From contig DATKGN010000013.1 of NCBI GenBank assembly GCA_035510735.1, positions 192,596 to 256,595 of the forward strand: DNA of 64,000 nt, given 5' to 3'. Of the stretch, positions 25,304 to 34,752 are shown one piece after another. The stretch is from Patescibacteria group bacterium. GTDB lineage: Bacteria > Patescibacteriota > Microgenomatia > UBA10105 > UBA927. How positions within the stretch are numbered: the first letter of the stretch is position 1; each line of letters begins with the position of its first letter. The position numbers and the translations under genes are program-made. The notes under the pieces were generated by a model. The model saw nothing but the letters and a program-made list of their open reading frames with translations, searched no databases and had not been told where the DNA came from.

Positions 25304-27265
25304 TTACTCTGCTTCCTCAACGATAGCGTGTCCGCGGAATTGGGAGTTATACAAATCAGCATAGAAGCCTTTTTGGGCAAGGAGCCTTTTATGTGTCCCC
25401 TTCTCTATAATTGCCCCGTGATTCATGACGAGGATGAGATCGGCGTCGCGGATGGTTGAGAGCCGGTGGGCGATGACAAAACTCGTCCTACCCTTCATAA
25501 GCTTCCCCATGGCTTCCTGAATAAGAAGTTCAGTCCGGGTATCGACGCTGCTCGTTGCTTCATCAAGGATAAGGATCTCGGGATCAGCCAGGAACGCACG
25601 GGCGATAGTGAGAAGTTGTTTCTGGCCTTGGGAAATGTTCGTGGCGTCCTCGTTTAACACCATCTTGTAGCCCTCAGGAAGCGTCCGTATAAAGTGGTCG
25701 GCGTAGGCCTCTTTTGAAGCCAATACGATTTCTTCCTCCGTTGCATCTTCGCGGCCGTAAGCGATATTATCCCGGAGCGTCCCATGGAAAAGCCAGGTAT
25801 CCTGTAAGACCATACCGAACATTCGGCGAAGATCGGCGCGTTTGAGTTTTGTGATATCAACGCCGTCAACCAAAATTTTTCCGCCGTTCACTTCGTAGAA
25901 ACGCATGAGTAAATTAACGAGGGTCGTCTTGCCGGCTCCGGTCGGTCCCACAATGGCGATCATATGACCCGGTTTTACATCAATATTCATATCTTCAATG
26001 AGGATCTTATCTTTGCTGTATCCGAATTTGACGTGCTCGAATTTGACGGCACCCTTTGGTTCTTTGATAACCTCAGGTTTGGCTATTTCCTTGACCTGTT
26101 CTTCCTCATCCAAAAGCTCAAAAACCCGCTCGGCGGAGGCGATTGCGGACTGGATGACGTTTGCGATATTGGCAAGCATGGTGATGGGCTGGGAAAATGA
26201 AGAAGAATACTGGATAAATGCCTGCACGTCACCGATTGAAATGGCGCCCTGTGTGGCCATGATGCCACCGACGACTGCGACGAGGACGTAGCCAACGTTA
26301 CCGACAAACCGCATGAGCGGCATGATGATACCGGAAACAAATTGCGCCTGCCATCCGGCTTCATAAAGGCTGTTATTGAACACATCAAACTGGGCGATCG
26401 CTTTGTGTTCATGCCCGAACGCTTTGACGATCTTGTGCCCCGAATACATTTCTTCGACGTGACCGTTTAAGTCACCGAGTGACCGTTGCTGTTTCCGGAA
26501 GAAATCCTGTGAGCGTTTCGCAATACCGGTCACGACAAATATGCTAAGAGGAAGTGTTGCAAGCACGATGAGTGTTAGCTGCCAGCTAATTGAGAGCATC
26601 ATGATAAGAACACCGATGAGAGATACGACGGAGGTAATAAGCTGCGTCACGCTCTGCTGGAGCGTCGAGCCGATGTTATCCATATCGTTAACCGCGCGGC
26701 TTAAAATTTCTCCGTGCGTACGCCCGTCGAAGTATTTGAGCGGCAATCGCGAGAGTTTTTCATCCACCTCTCGGCGCAATTTGTAGATCGTACGCTGCGC
26801 AACACCTGCCATCAGGAATTGCTGGATGAAAATAAAAACAGAGCTTATGACATAGAGTCCGAGCAAAATAAGAAGAACCCTTCCGATATAGCCGAATTCG
26901 ATGCCGGGAACGGGCGCCAGATGGAGAGGAAGTGTGGGGTTCGCAAGCAATTGCTTTTGGACGACGGAATTTTTTACCTGCACGATGAAACTCGCAAGCA
27001 AATCATTGAAAAGCTTGGTGGTCGCGAGTCCCAATATTTTCGGGCCCACAATGTTAAATATCGTACCCATGATGGCTGAGATAACGACGATCGAAAGGAG
27101 AGTTTTTTCCGGTCGGAAATATCCTAACAGTCTCTTGAGTGTCCCCCCGAAATCTTTTGCCTTCTCGACCGGCCTGCCCATAGCACCCCAGCCGCCCCGA
27201 TTCATGGGGTTCGCATGCACTTCATCACGCGGTTTATTTTTTAGTTTGGTTGCGTCATCACTCAT
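25304..27265 (-). CDS. ABC exporter, fused permease/ATP-binding subunit (MdlB/MsbA-like)
   Basis: 653 aa: 6-TM domain then an NBD with Walker A GPTGAGKTT, LSGGQ-like ISQGQKQLLTIARA, and Walker B ILILDEATS. Confidence 0.9.
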   Translation of the reverse strand: MSDDATKLKNKPRDEVHANPMNRGGWGAMGRPVEKAKDFGGTLKRLLGYFRPEKTLLSIVVISAIMGTIFNIVGPKILGLATTKLFNDLLASFIVQVKNSVVQKQLLANPTLPLHLAPVPGIEFGYIGRVLLILLGLYVISSVFIFIQQFLMAGVAQRTIYKLRREVDEKLSRLPLKYFDGRTHGEILSRAVNDMDNIGSTLQQSVTQLITSVVSLIGVLIMMLSISWQLTLIVLATLPLSIFVVTGIAKRSQDFFRKQQRSLGDLNGHVEEMYSGHKIVKAFGHEHKAIAQFDVFNNSLYEAGWQAQFVSGIIMPLMRFVGNVGYVLVAVVGGIMATQGAISIGDVQAFIQYSSSFSQPITMLANIANVIQSAIASAERVFELLDEEEQVKEIAKPEVIKEPKGAVKFEHVKFGYSKDKILIEDMNIDVKPGHMIAIVGPTGAGKTTLVNLLMRFYEVNGGKILVDGVDITKLKRADLRRMFGMVLQDTWLFHGTLRDNIAYGREDATEEEIVLASKEAYADHFIRTLPEGYKMVLNEDATNISQGQKQLLTIARAFLADPEILILDEATSSVDTRTELLIQEAMGKLMKGRTSFVIAHRLSTIRDADLILVMNHGAIIEKGTHKRLLAQKGFYADLYNSQFRGHAIVEEAE

Positions 27266-29000
27266 GGGATTCCTCTTCTATCTCTGCCGCCGATAATTGC
27301 GACGTGACGATTCCGCGATAAACATCGCACGTCTTCATAAGATCGTTATGGCGCCCGTGTCCGACAATTTTTCCGTCGTCAAGGACGATGATCTGATCGG
27401 CATCTATAACCGTACTTACGCGCTGGGCCACAATAATGACGGTCGCCTCCCTGGTCTCTCCCTTAAGGGCTGTACGAAGTCGCGCGTCAGTTTTAAAGTC
27501 GAGTGCGGAGAATGTATCGTCAAATACGTAAATCTCAGGTTTCCGTACAAGCGCCCGGGCAATAGAAAGACGCTGCATCTGTCCGCCTGAAACGTTGGTT
27601 CCGCCCTGGGATATACGGGACTCAAACCCCTCCGGCATCTTCGAAATAAAGTCTGTGGCCTGCGCGACATCAGCCGCATGTTTGATTTCGGATTCCTTTG
27701 CGTCTTCTTTGCCATAGCGTATATTTTCATTAATCGTCCCTGAAAAAAGTACTGCTTTTTGCGGCACAAATCCGATCTTCGCTCGAAGCTCAGCCTGCGT
27801 CACCTCGCGGGTATCAACGCCGTCGACCAAAATTTTGCCCTTTTCCACATCGTAAAAACGCGGGATAAGATTCACCATGGTCGATTTACCCGACCCGGTG
27901 CCGCCGATAATGGCCGTCACTTCTCCAGGGGCGGCCGCGAAAGAAATATCAGTGAGGGCCGGTTTCTCCGCACCGTGATAGCTGAAAGTAACGTTGTCAA
28001 ACTCAACATATCCTTTTTGTTTTGAGGGAGATCTCTTTTTTTTCGGGTCGTTGATTTCCGGCTCCATAGCCATTACCTCGTTAATCCGGGTGGCCGATGC
28101 TTCAGCACGCGGGATCATAACAAATGTGACGGCGACCATGAGAAGCGAAAAAAGGATCTGGAATGCATACTGCAAAAACGCAAACATGGCCCCCAGTTCC
28201 AGCTTATCGGCAGCTACCCTGCGGCTTCCGAACCAGATGATGGCGACACTTGATACGTTTATCGTGAGCATCATGACCGGCATCATCGTCGCCATGAGCT
28301 GATTGACTTTTATTGCTATATTTGTCACGTCGTGATTGGCTACATCAAAGCGCTCCTCCTCGTGTTTAATCCGGTTAAATGCACGCACGACCCGCACTCC
28401 GGTAAGGTTTTCATCAAGAATCAAATTTAATTTGTCCAATTTGACCTGCATAACGCTAAATAGTGGAATGGCTTTAATTAAAAGCACAACGATAACAGCC
28501 ACAAGAAACGGCATGATCGCAACGAGTACCCATGCGAGTCCCACATCCTCATGGAGGGCTAAAATAATGCCGACAACAAGCGTAATCGGGGCGGTAATAA
28601 GGAGGTTGAAAATCATCACCATGACCTGCTGAATCTGGTTGGTGTCGTTGGTCGTCCTCGTGATAAGCGATGCAGTACTGATGGTGTCAAACTCATGAAG
28701 CGAAAAGTGCTGGACTTTTTTGAAAATATCGGCCCGCATGAGCGTGCACATGCCTGTAGCTATCTGGGAGGAATAATAGGTTCCGACGACCGCACAGATT
28801 GTGCCCGCAATAGCCACAAGAGCCATGAGGCCACCGGTCCGCCAGATAAATGCCGTATCAAACGCCGAAATGCCTTTATTGACGATGTCCGCCATGAGGG
28901 TTGGGAGGTAGAGGTTAGCAACCGACTGCCCGATTGCCAGGACAAAGACAAGGATCAGAAGATATTTATATGGCCGAAGATACTTTAATAGTTTAAGCAT
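27258..29000 (-). CDS. ABC exporter, fused permease/ATP-binding subunit (MdlA-like partner)
   Basis: 580 aa: TMD then NBD with GGTGSGKST, VSGGQMQRLSIARA and IYVFDDTFSALD. An 8-bp overlap with the partner gene indicates a heterodimeric exporter. Confidence 0.9.
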   Translation of the reverse strand: MLKLLKYLRPYKYLLILVFVLAIGQSVANLYLPTLMADIVNKGISAFDTAFIWRTGGLMALVAIAGTICAVVGTYYSSQIATGMCTLMRADIFKKVQHFSLHEFDTISTASLITRTTNDTNQIQQVMVMIFNLLITAPITLVVGIILALHEDVGLAWVLVAIMPFLVAVIVVLLIKAIPLFSVMQVKLDKLNLILDENLTGVRVVRAFNRIKHEEERFDVANHDVTNIAIKVNQLMATMMPVMMLTINVSSVAIIWFGSRRVAADKLELGAMFAFLQYAFQILFSLLMVAVTFVMIPRAEASATRINEVMAMEPEINDPKKKRSPSKQKGYVEFDNVTFSYHGAEKPALTDISFAAAPGEVTAIIGGTGSGKSTMVNLIPRFYDVEKGKILVDGVDTREVTQAELRAKIGFVPQKAVLFSGTINENIRYGKEDAKESEIKHAADVAQATDFISKMPEGFESRISQGGTNVSGGQMQRLSIARALVRKPEIYVFDDTFSALDFKTDARLRTALKGETREATVIIVAQRVSTVIDADQIIVLDDGKIVGHGRHNDLMKTCDVYRGIVTSQLSAAEIEEESHE

Positions 29001-29049
29001 GCGATTGGTAGATAGATTCTATTTTATAGTATGCGAGACGTGGGTATAA

Positions 29050-29120
29050 TACCCTGCATTGACATTCATCGATCAATATATTATACTCTATAATAGTTAG
29101 ATAATCAAACTATATTACCA
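29050..29120 (+). promoter_or_regulatory. sigma70-like promoter TTGACA-N17-TATACT with downstream palindrome TATAATAGTTagataatcAAACTATATTA (candidate MarR operator)
   Basis: -35 at 29059-29064, -10 at 29082-29087, inverted repeat at 29089-29117, MarR ATG at 29125. Confidence 0.4.
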
Positions 29121-29124
29121 TCTT

Positions 29125-29562
29125 ATGAAAACTGACACTACCAATGACTTGGTTGAGAGAATATTTAAAGTCGCCCGTCTTATGAAAGACGAGATGTCGT
29201 ATACGCACGACGTAACACACTTAAGTATATTACAAATTCAGACGCTGTTTTTCCTCAAGCATGACAAAGATAAAAATATTTCCATGAGTGACATCGCAGC
29301 GTATTTCCGGATTGAACTGCCATCCGCAACGAGCCTCGTCAATAAGCTCTGTGACCAGAAGCTGGTAGAGCGTCGCGCTGACCAAAACGACAGACGACTC
29401 GTGTTAATAACACTGACTGCTGATGGAAAAACGATGCTGGAGGATGCAATGTGCGCGCGCAGGAAAAAACTCGAAAAAATTCTGTCATACTTATCGGAAA
29501 AGGAAAAATCGGACTTATCAAGTATCTTCAAAACACTGTATAATAAATTACAAGTAAAATGA
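29125..29562 (+). CDS. MarR family transcriptional regulator
   Basis: LSILQIQTLFFLKHDKDKNISMSDIAAYFRIELPSATSLVNKLCDQKLVERRADQNDRRLVLITLTADGK. Confidence 0.8.
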   Translation: MKTDTTNDLVERIFKVARLMKDEMSYTHDVTHLSILQIQTLFFLKHDKDKNISMSDIAAYFRIELPSATSLVNKLCDQKLVERRADQNDRRLVLITLTADGKTMLEDAMCARRKKLEKILSYLSEKEKSDLSSIFKTLYNKLQVK

Positions 29563-30656
29563 ATAGGAAACGGATCGTCATAGTACTTGGCCTCGTCGCA
29601 CTGCTCATCATAGCAGGCGTTGTTGTGAGAAATCCCGTCGCCTATTCCAAGACAAACGCGGGACCAACGACGACCACATCGGTACAATTTGTACAATCTT
29701 CAATTACCGCAGACGGGGCCGTAACGGCTCAGGACGAGGCAGTACTGAATTTTCAGTTAGCAGGCAAACTCCAGTACCTTCCTGTGAAAGTCGGAGATAA
29801 GGTATATCAGGGGCAAACAATTGCATCGCTTGACTCTTATGCCCTCAGGCAGGAATTGCAACTTGCATCAAATGCCTACCAGTTGGTAAAAAATGGCACG
29901 GATCAAACACAGGAGTATAAGCAGGCAGGCATTTTGGAAGGTCAAACGCGGTACGCGCTTGACTTATCCAATAAGCAGGGTTACGCAGCAGTCACGGAAG
30001 CTACAGTTGTCTATGATACGGTGCAGCGCATCGTGGATGATGACCTCCTTGCCCAAAATTCAGCGCAAATAGGTGTTGATTTGGCAAAATATGCGGTAAC
30101 GCTTGCGAGTCTCACGTCGCCCATCAACGGTATCATCACCTATGAAGACGTCACCGTCCCCGGAGTAAACATTACACCGGTTACGACCTTCGTGGTCGCA
30201 GACCCGGCCTCCATGGTTTTCCGTGCCAACGTCCCCTTGGAGAATATCTACTATATCAGTGTTGGAAGCCCGGTTACGCTTGCTATTGACGGCATAGCAC
30301 ATAAGATAACCGGCACGGTAGTCAAAATATTTCCGACGAAGGTAACTCTCAAGAGCGGGCAGGCAGTGTATCAGGTTGATGTGGTCAGTGATGAACTAAA
30401 GAAACTTGCAAAATTAGACATGACAGGAAGTGCCATCATCAGTACGAATTCCGATAATGTCGCCCTCGTCCCCGCCTGGACAGTGCTGGGGGGCAAATAT
30501 GTCTGGGTGGACAATAACGGAACGCCGGAGCTAAGAACCGTGACCGCAGGAAAGATTCATGGAAAAGAAATAGAGATCACAAGCGGACTCTCCCCCAACG
30601 ACAACATCATCACTGATCCGAAATTCATATCAACACGCAAATATCTCATGTTATGA
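29559..30656 (+). CDS. HlyD family secretion/efflux adaptor protein
   Basis: N-terminal TM segment, biotin-lipoyl-like VKVGDKVYQGQTIASLD, long alpha-hairpin, beta-barrel. Overlaps the MarR gene stop. Confidence 0.75.
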   Translation: MNRKRIVIVLGLVALLIIAGVVVRNPVAYSKTNAGPTTTTSVQFVQSSITADGAVTAQDEAVLNFQLAGKLQYLPVKVGDKVYQGQTIASLDSYALRQELQLASNAYQLVKNGTDQTQEYKQAGILEGQTRYALDLSNKQGYAAVTEATVVYDTVQRIVDDDLLAQNSAQIGVDLAKYAVTLASLTSPINGIITYEDVTVPGVNITPVTTFVVADPASMVFRANVPLENIYYISVGSPVTLAIDGIAHKITGTVVKIFPTKVTLKSGQAVYQVDVVSDELKKLAKLDMTGSAIISTNSDNVALVPAWTVLGGKYVWVDNNGTPELRTVTAGKIHGKEIEITSGLSPNDNIITDPKFISTRKYLML

Positions 30657-31291
30657 AAAAAGAATTCCCATTATTCAAAAATAAAAAACTCTTGAGAATC
30701 GTCGGCGGCGTCTTTGTGGTGGTCCTGCTTTTGGTAGCATGTATCATCTTTCAGAAAATGACCGGGAGAGTATTTATTGACAACTCACTTATTCAATCTC
30801 CGGTCATCACGATTTCCCCATCCTCATCCGGTAAAGTGCAGGAAATTGACGTTAAGGAGGGGGCTACCGTACAAAACGGTGATACGCTGGCAGTCGTCGG
30901 CTCTGAAACCCTTCGCGCCGACACGGACGGGCTCGTTATATCGGCCCCGGATCTGACCGGATCAACAGTGAATCCCACAACACAGCTCATCCAAATGATA
31001 CGGCCGGTTAATCTACGCGTTACGGGTACAATCGATGAGAATAAAGGATTAAAAGACATCCATGTCGGGCAGGTCGTTTCATTTACGGTCGATGCGTTAC
31101 CGGGTAACACATATTGGGGGTATGTCGATGAAATCTCGCCGAGTGCTGTGGCTCCTGCATTTTCTTTTTCGACGTCAACCGAACGGGCGACACAACAATT
31201 TACCGTGTATGCAAAATTTGACTCAGCTTTATACCCCGCTATAAAAAACGGCATGTCCGCAAAAATGGTTGTGTACACGAAGACAAAATAA
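30653..31291 (+). CDS. short HlyD-like adaptor protein
   Basis: N-terminal TM segment, GKVQEIDVKEGATVQNGDTLAVV lipoyl-like motif. 212 aa with a 4-bp overlap upstream. Confidence 0.55.
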   Translation: MKKEFPLFKNKKLLRIVGGVFVVVLLLVACIIFQKMTGRVFIDNSLIQSPVITISPSSSGKVQEIDVKEGATVQNGDTLAVVGSETLRADTDGLVISAPDLTGSTVNPTTQLIQMIRPVNLRVTGTIDENKGLKDIHVGQVVSFTVDALPGNTYWGYVDEISPSAVAPAFSFSTSTERATQQFTVYAKFDSALYPAIKNGMSAKMVVYTKTK

Positions 31292-32238
31292 TGAGTGTCT
31301 CTCCCAAAAATCCTTCTGAAAACTCATTCAAAAAAATAGCCGGCTTCATTGTCCTTATTCTTGTTGGTATCTTTATCGGACGGATATTTTTGAGTCAGGC
31401 AAAACAAATACAGGCCTCCCTCGCGCTCGTGAGCTGGGTGAATATCCTGTTGAGCGTCATCATGTTTCTCTTCTATTTTTACGCGAGGGCGCTTTCATGG
31501 AACCTAATACTCAAATCCCTGGGAAGCCATTTTAAAATTAAAGATAGTTTATTTGCATGGTTTGCCGGAGAATCAACGAGATATGTACCCGGAAACGTCT
31601 GGTCCTTCGCGAGTAGATTTTTTTTATCCGTAACCCACGGGGTGCCCAAGACTAACGTCATTCTTTCGATACTGTTGGAAATCATTCTCATGCTGCCGGT
31701 AACGTTATTGTTATCAGTTCCGGCTCTTTGGATAAATTATGGAAAAGTGCATTTCAGCGTACTCACCGTTCTTGTCGTTATTGGTGTTCTCGCTCTGGCG
31801 ACCGGTATACTATTTTTCAGCAAGCGGGCGAAACAAGCGCTCAAAGAGCTACGGCACGTCCCACGAAAAATCTTTTTTACGAATACCTTCCTCGGCGCTT
31901 TACTTCTGCAGATCCTGGCGTGGAGCGCATTCGGATTGGGAAATTACTTTCTGATACAGCCGTTTGCACAGCACGTGTCCGCGGGCTTAGTTGTCTCGAT
32001 TTCCATACTCGCATGGTTTTTAGGGTATATAAGTATCGTGACTCCCATGGGTTTAGGAGTAAGAGAGGGTGCGCTTATTTTGCTTCTCGGGTCGGGCATC
32101 GGCCAGGGCCAGGCCGGGCTCGCTGCAGTTTTATCCCGGGTCGTACTTACATCGACTGAGGGCATAAACCTGCTTTATTGGTTGTATATATATCAAGGTA
32201 AAAAGAACAAAACGTTATTATCTCCGCACGTCAAGTAA
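31291..32238 (+). CDS. flippase-like / LPG-synthase-TM-like (UPF0104) integral membrane protein
   Basis: 315 aa, about 8 TM segments, ESTRYVPGNVWSFASRFF motif region typical of this family (from memory). Confidence 0.5.
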   Translation: MSVSPKNPSENSFKKIAGFIVLILVGIFIGRIFLSQAKQIQASLALVSWVNILLSVIMFLFYFYARALSWNLILKSLGSHFKIKDSLFAWFAGESTRYVPGNVWSFASRFFLSVTHGVPKTNVILSILLEIILMLPVTLLLSVPALWINYGKVHFSVLTVLVVIGVLALATGILFFSKRAKQALKELRHVPRKIFFTNTFLGALLLQILAWSAFGLGNYFLIQPFAQHVSAGLVVSISILAWFLGYISIVTPMGLGVREGALILLLGSGIGQGQAGLAAVLSRVVLTSTEGINLLYWLYIYQGKKNKTLLSPHVK

Positions 32239-33036
32239 TTCTTTAGAATAATCAACATACGTATTAAATAACATCGCTGACTCTGCTACTTTACCGCTGT
32301 TATACAGTAAATTTTTATCTACAGACAAGTCAAAGGGTTCAATAGATAGCTCTTCCATCTTTTTAGCCAACGACAACCACCCTTTCGCAAATGCTCTTTC
32401 GTCAGCATGAACAGCATCGACTACCGGATCTTTAATGCCTTCCATTGTTAGAAGATGAGTTATTCCGTATGTTGCCAACAAAGCACGGAAGTATCTGATC
32501 TGATGTTTAGATCCTCTTGTTTCGGGATCAAATGAAACGACTGTTTCTATCCTTTGAACAAAGGGTATCACATCGCTAAATGTATCCCGTAATCCTACAG
32601 AGATTGTTCCTCCGTTTTGAAAAACCAAGGGATTGATATTTCCATAACCGTAACAGTCTTCGGGTTCTCCGATTTTTGAATAATAGCGTGTCAGAAGTAT
32701 TCTCTTTTTTAGAACATCGCTAATCTGATCGGGGCTATTATAAATCGCGTTAAGATCGGTTAACATTGCCGGCGCCATATCGTCCCTGCTTAAACCGTTA
32801 TTCAAATACCACGATCCTAACGCAAATAAAATTGACCTCTCAGAAGTAAGATCACCATCTAATTGCTCAGTCGCACATCTGCGCCTGCGGGAAAGCGCCA
32901 TAGTCTCTCTTGTGAGCTGAAGGATCGAATCGGGATCCAACTCGGAAATACTACTATCGGGAACATGTCTGTATCCTCCATCATATTCCTTTCGGCTATT
33001 GGGATGGCCTGTTATTATGCTCCAGAATCCACTCAT
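32218..33036 (-). CDS. hypothetical protein
   Basis: Start chosen at MSGFWSIITGHP (33036), preceded by the GTACTATA promoter-like motif. The track ORF extends to 33105. Confidence 0.4.
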   Translation of the reverse strand: MSGFWSIITGHPNSRKEYDGGYRHVPDSSISELDPDSILQLTRETMALSRRRRCATEQLDGDLTSERSILFALGSWYLNNGLSRDDMAPAMLTDLNAIYNSPDQISDVLKKRILLTRYYSKIGEPEDCYGYGNINPLVFQNGGTISVGLRDTFSDVIPFVQRIETVVSFDPETRGSKHQIRYFRALLATYGITHLLTMEGIKDPVVDAVHADERAFAKGWLSLAKKMEELSIEPFDLSVDKNLLYNSGKVAESAMLFNTYVDYSKELLDVRR

Positions 33037-33151
33037 ATGAGAAGATATAGTACTATGTCTTTGAAAAACAATCAAGAAAAAATAAACAGGCTGTAAGGAG
33101 TACATTGCCCGAGTCCGTTCGAATCAACGTTGTTCAACGAATGCTCATTCT

Positions 33152-34135
33152 TTACCACCGATAATGGACGTGAGGTTTGATGAACGAACCGTAAATTTTC
33201 TCTACTTTTGCCAAAACCTCTGCTTTGAGAGGGGGAAGGTCGCTGGCTTTGCTATTTTCCAAAACCTGCTCAGGAGTTTTTCCGCCGGCAATCACTGTGG
33301 AAACGGCGTCATGCATAAGGATCCACTTTAGGGCAAACTGCGACATCGTGTATCCTGTTGGAATAACGCTTTTGAGTTTTTTTACCGCGGAAATGCCCGT
33401 CTCAAAGTCCACACCAGCGAACGTTTCTCCAACATCAAACATTTCGCCGTGCCGGTTATACGAACGATGGTCATTGTTTGTAAACTTCGAATTGCGGTCA
33501 AATTTGCCCGTCAAAAGTCCGCTTGCCAGCGGAACCCGAACGATAACCCCGATATTGCGTTTGACAGCTTCATGAAAAAATAATTCCATCGGCCGCTCCC
33601 GGAACATGTTAAAAATAATCTGCACCGTCGAGACGTTAGGGAATTCAATCGCTTTCAATGCTTCCTCCACTTTTTCAACGCTCACGCCATAATGACGAAT
33701 CTTCCCTGATTTCACCAAATCATCCAGTGCTTCAAAGACCTCCGGCATGTAATAGACCGGGGTCGGTGGACAATGAAGCTGAAGTAAATCAAGGCAATCA
33801 ACTCCAAGATTTTTGAGACTGCGGTCAATAAAAGCAACGAGATTTCTCTTCGTATACCCTTCGGTTACATGAGGATTAAGTCTTCTGCCTGCTTTTGTGG
33901 CTACATAAAAAGAAGTTTTTTCCGTTAGCCTGAATTTTGCAATAAACTTTTCACTCCTGCCATCTCCGTAGACATCAGCAGTATCGATGAAGTTGATTCC
34001 AATCTTCGGCAACGTTCGAAGCGTAGACAATGCCTGACCTTCTGATACATCACCCCAGTCCGCACCCAATGACCATGAACCGTATCCAATCTCAGACACT
34101 CTATATCCGGTTTTCCCAAGTATTCTATATTTCAT
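33152..34135 (-). CDS. aldo/keto reductase
   Basis: MKYRILGKTGYRVSEIGYGSWSLG...INFIDTADVYGDGRSE. Confidence 0.8.
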   Translation of the reverse strand: MKYRILGKTGYRVSEIGYGSWSLGADWGDVSEGQALSTLRTLPKIGINFIDTADVYGDGRSEKFIAKFRLTEKTSFYVATKAGRRLNPHVTEGYTKRNLVAFIDRSLKNLGVDCLDLLQLHCPPTPVYYMPEVFEALDDLVKSGKIRHYGVSVEKVEEALKAIEFPNVSTVQIIFNMFRERPMELFFHEAVKRNIGVIVRVPLASGLLTGKFDRNSKFTNNDHRSYNRHGEMFDVGETFAGVDFETGISAVKKLKSVIPTGYTMSQFALKWILMHDAVSTVIAGGKTPEQVLENSKASDLPPLKAEVLAKVEKIYGSFIKPHVHYRW

Positions 34136-34294
34136 ATGCACTATAGTACGCGGAATCAAAGCAGGTCTCAAGAAGAAGATATGTAAACTCGCCTATTATA
34201 TGAAGTTAACTTCGAGCTTAGGTGCCGGTTTAAATGATATATAGATCTGTGACGAGAGTACTCGATTCAAACAATTCAGCCTTTCTCCGGGAAA

Positions 34295-34690
34295 TTACAT
34301 CATGCGGTGAGACATATTCAACGCGGCTGCAAAGAAATGTCCGGCCTGGAGAAACTTTTGATTATTTATTTCTTCTTTTCGATAGAGTATCACCTGCGTT
34401 GACGAATGAAGTTCGGTAAGCGTATGCCAGATTTCATCAGGCGATGTCGGATAATCCCAGAAGCTCATATCCATCTCAATTCCTCCGAGATTCAACCCGT
34501 CTAAGGGAGTCTTAAAATCTGCAAACTTAACAAGTCTTCGACCTGATAAATCGAGGAGAGCTGATTCGGCCAGAAAATATGAAGAGACACTCTCAAACGG
34601 AATAAATCGGTGATCCCTCTCACATATTCGTGATTAAACCGGTCTCCCTCCATACTGACGTTCATGATAGGTGATTGTATGTGCGGGCCT
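34295..34690 (-). pseudogene. possible frameshifted remnant of a small gene
   Basis: Two minus-strand reading frames (MNVSMEGDRFNHEYVRGITDLFRL...LRLP* and ...NLGGIEMDMSFWDYPTSPDEIWHTL...) abut across about 15 nt in a 580-nt stretch with no intact gene. Confidence 0.25.
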
Positions 34691-34752
34691 TACAAAGTCA
34701 ATATTAACGGTCTAAACCTCTCTCAGGCTCCGATTAATGGTACAATGACCTC

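Noticed and set aside
18585-25345. Interpretation of the repeated gene-terminus copies as a diversity-generating retroelement (TR/VR) system
   Set aside because: No reverse transcriptase is nearby. Differences between copies are indels and all substitution types, not adenine-specific.
18585-25345. Interpretation as a CRISPR array or classical integron
   Set aside because: The repeats are 45-95 nt, degenerate and irregularly spaced by whole genes, not 25-40-nt exact repeats with short spacers. There is no IntI-like integrase, and the repeats do not show the R''-L''...L'-R' organisation of attC sites.
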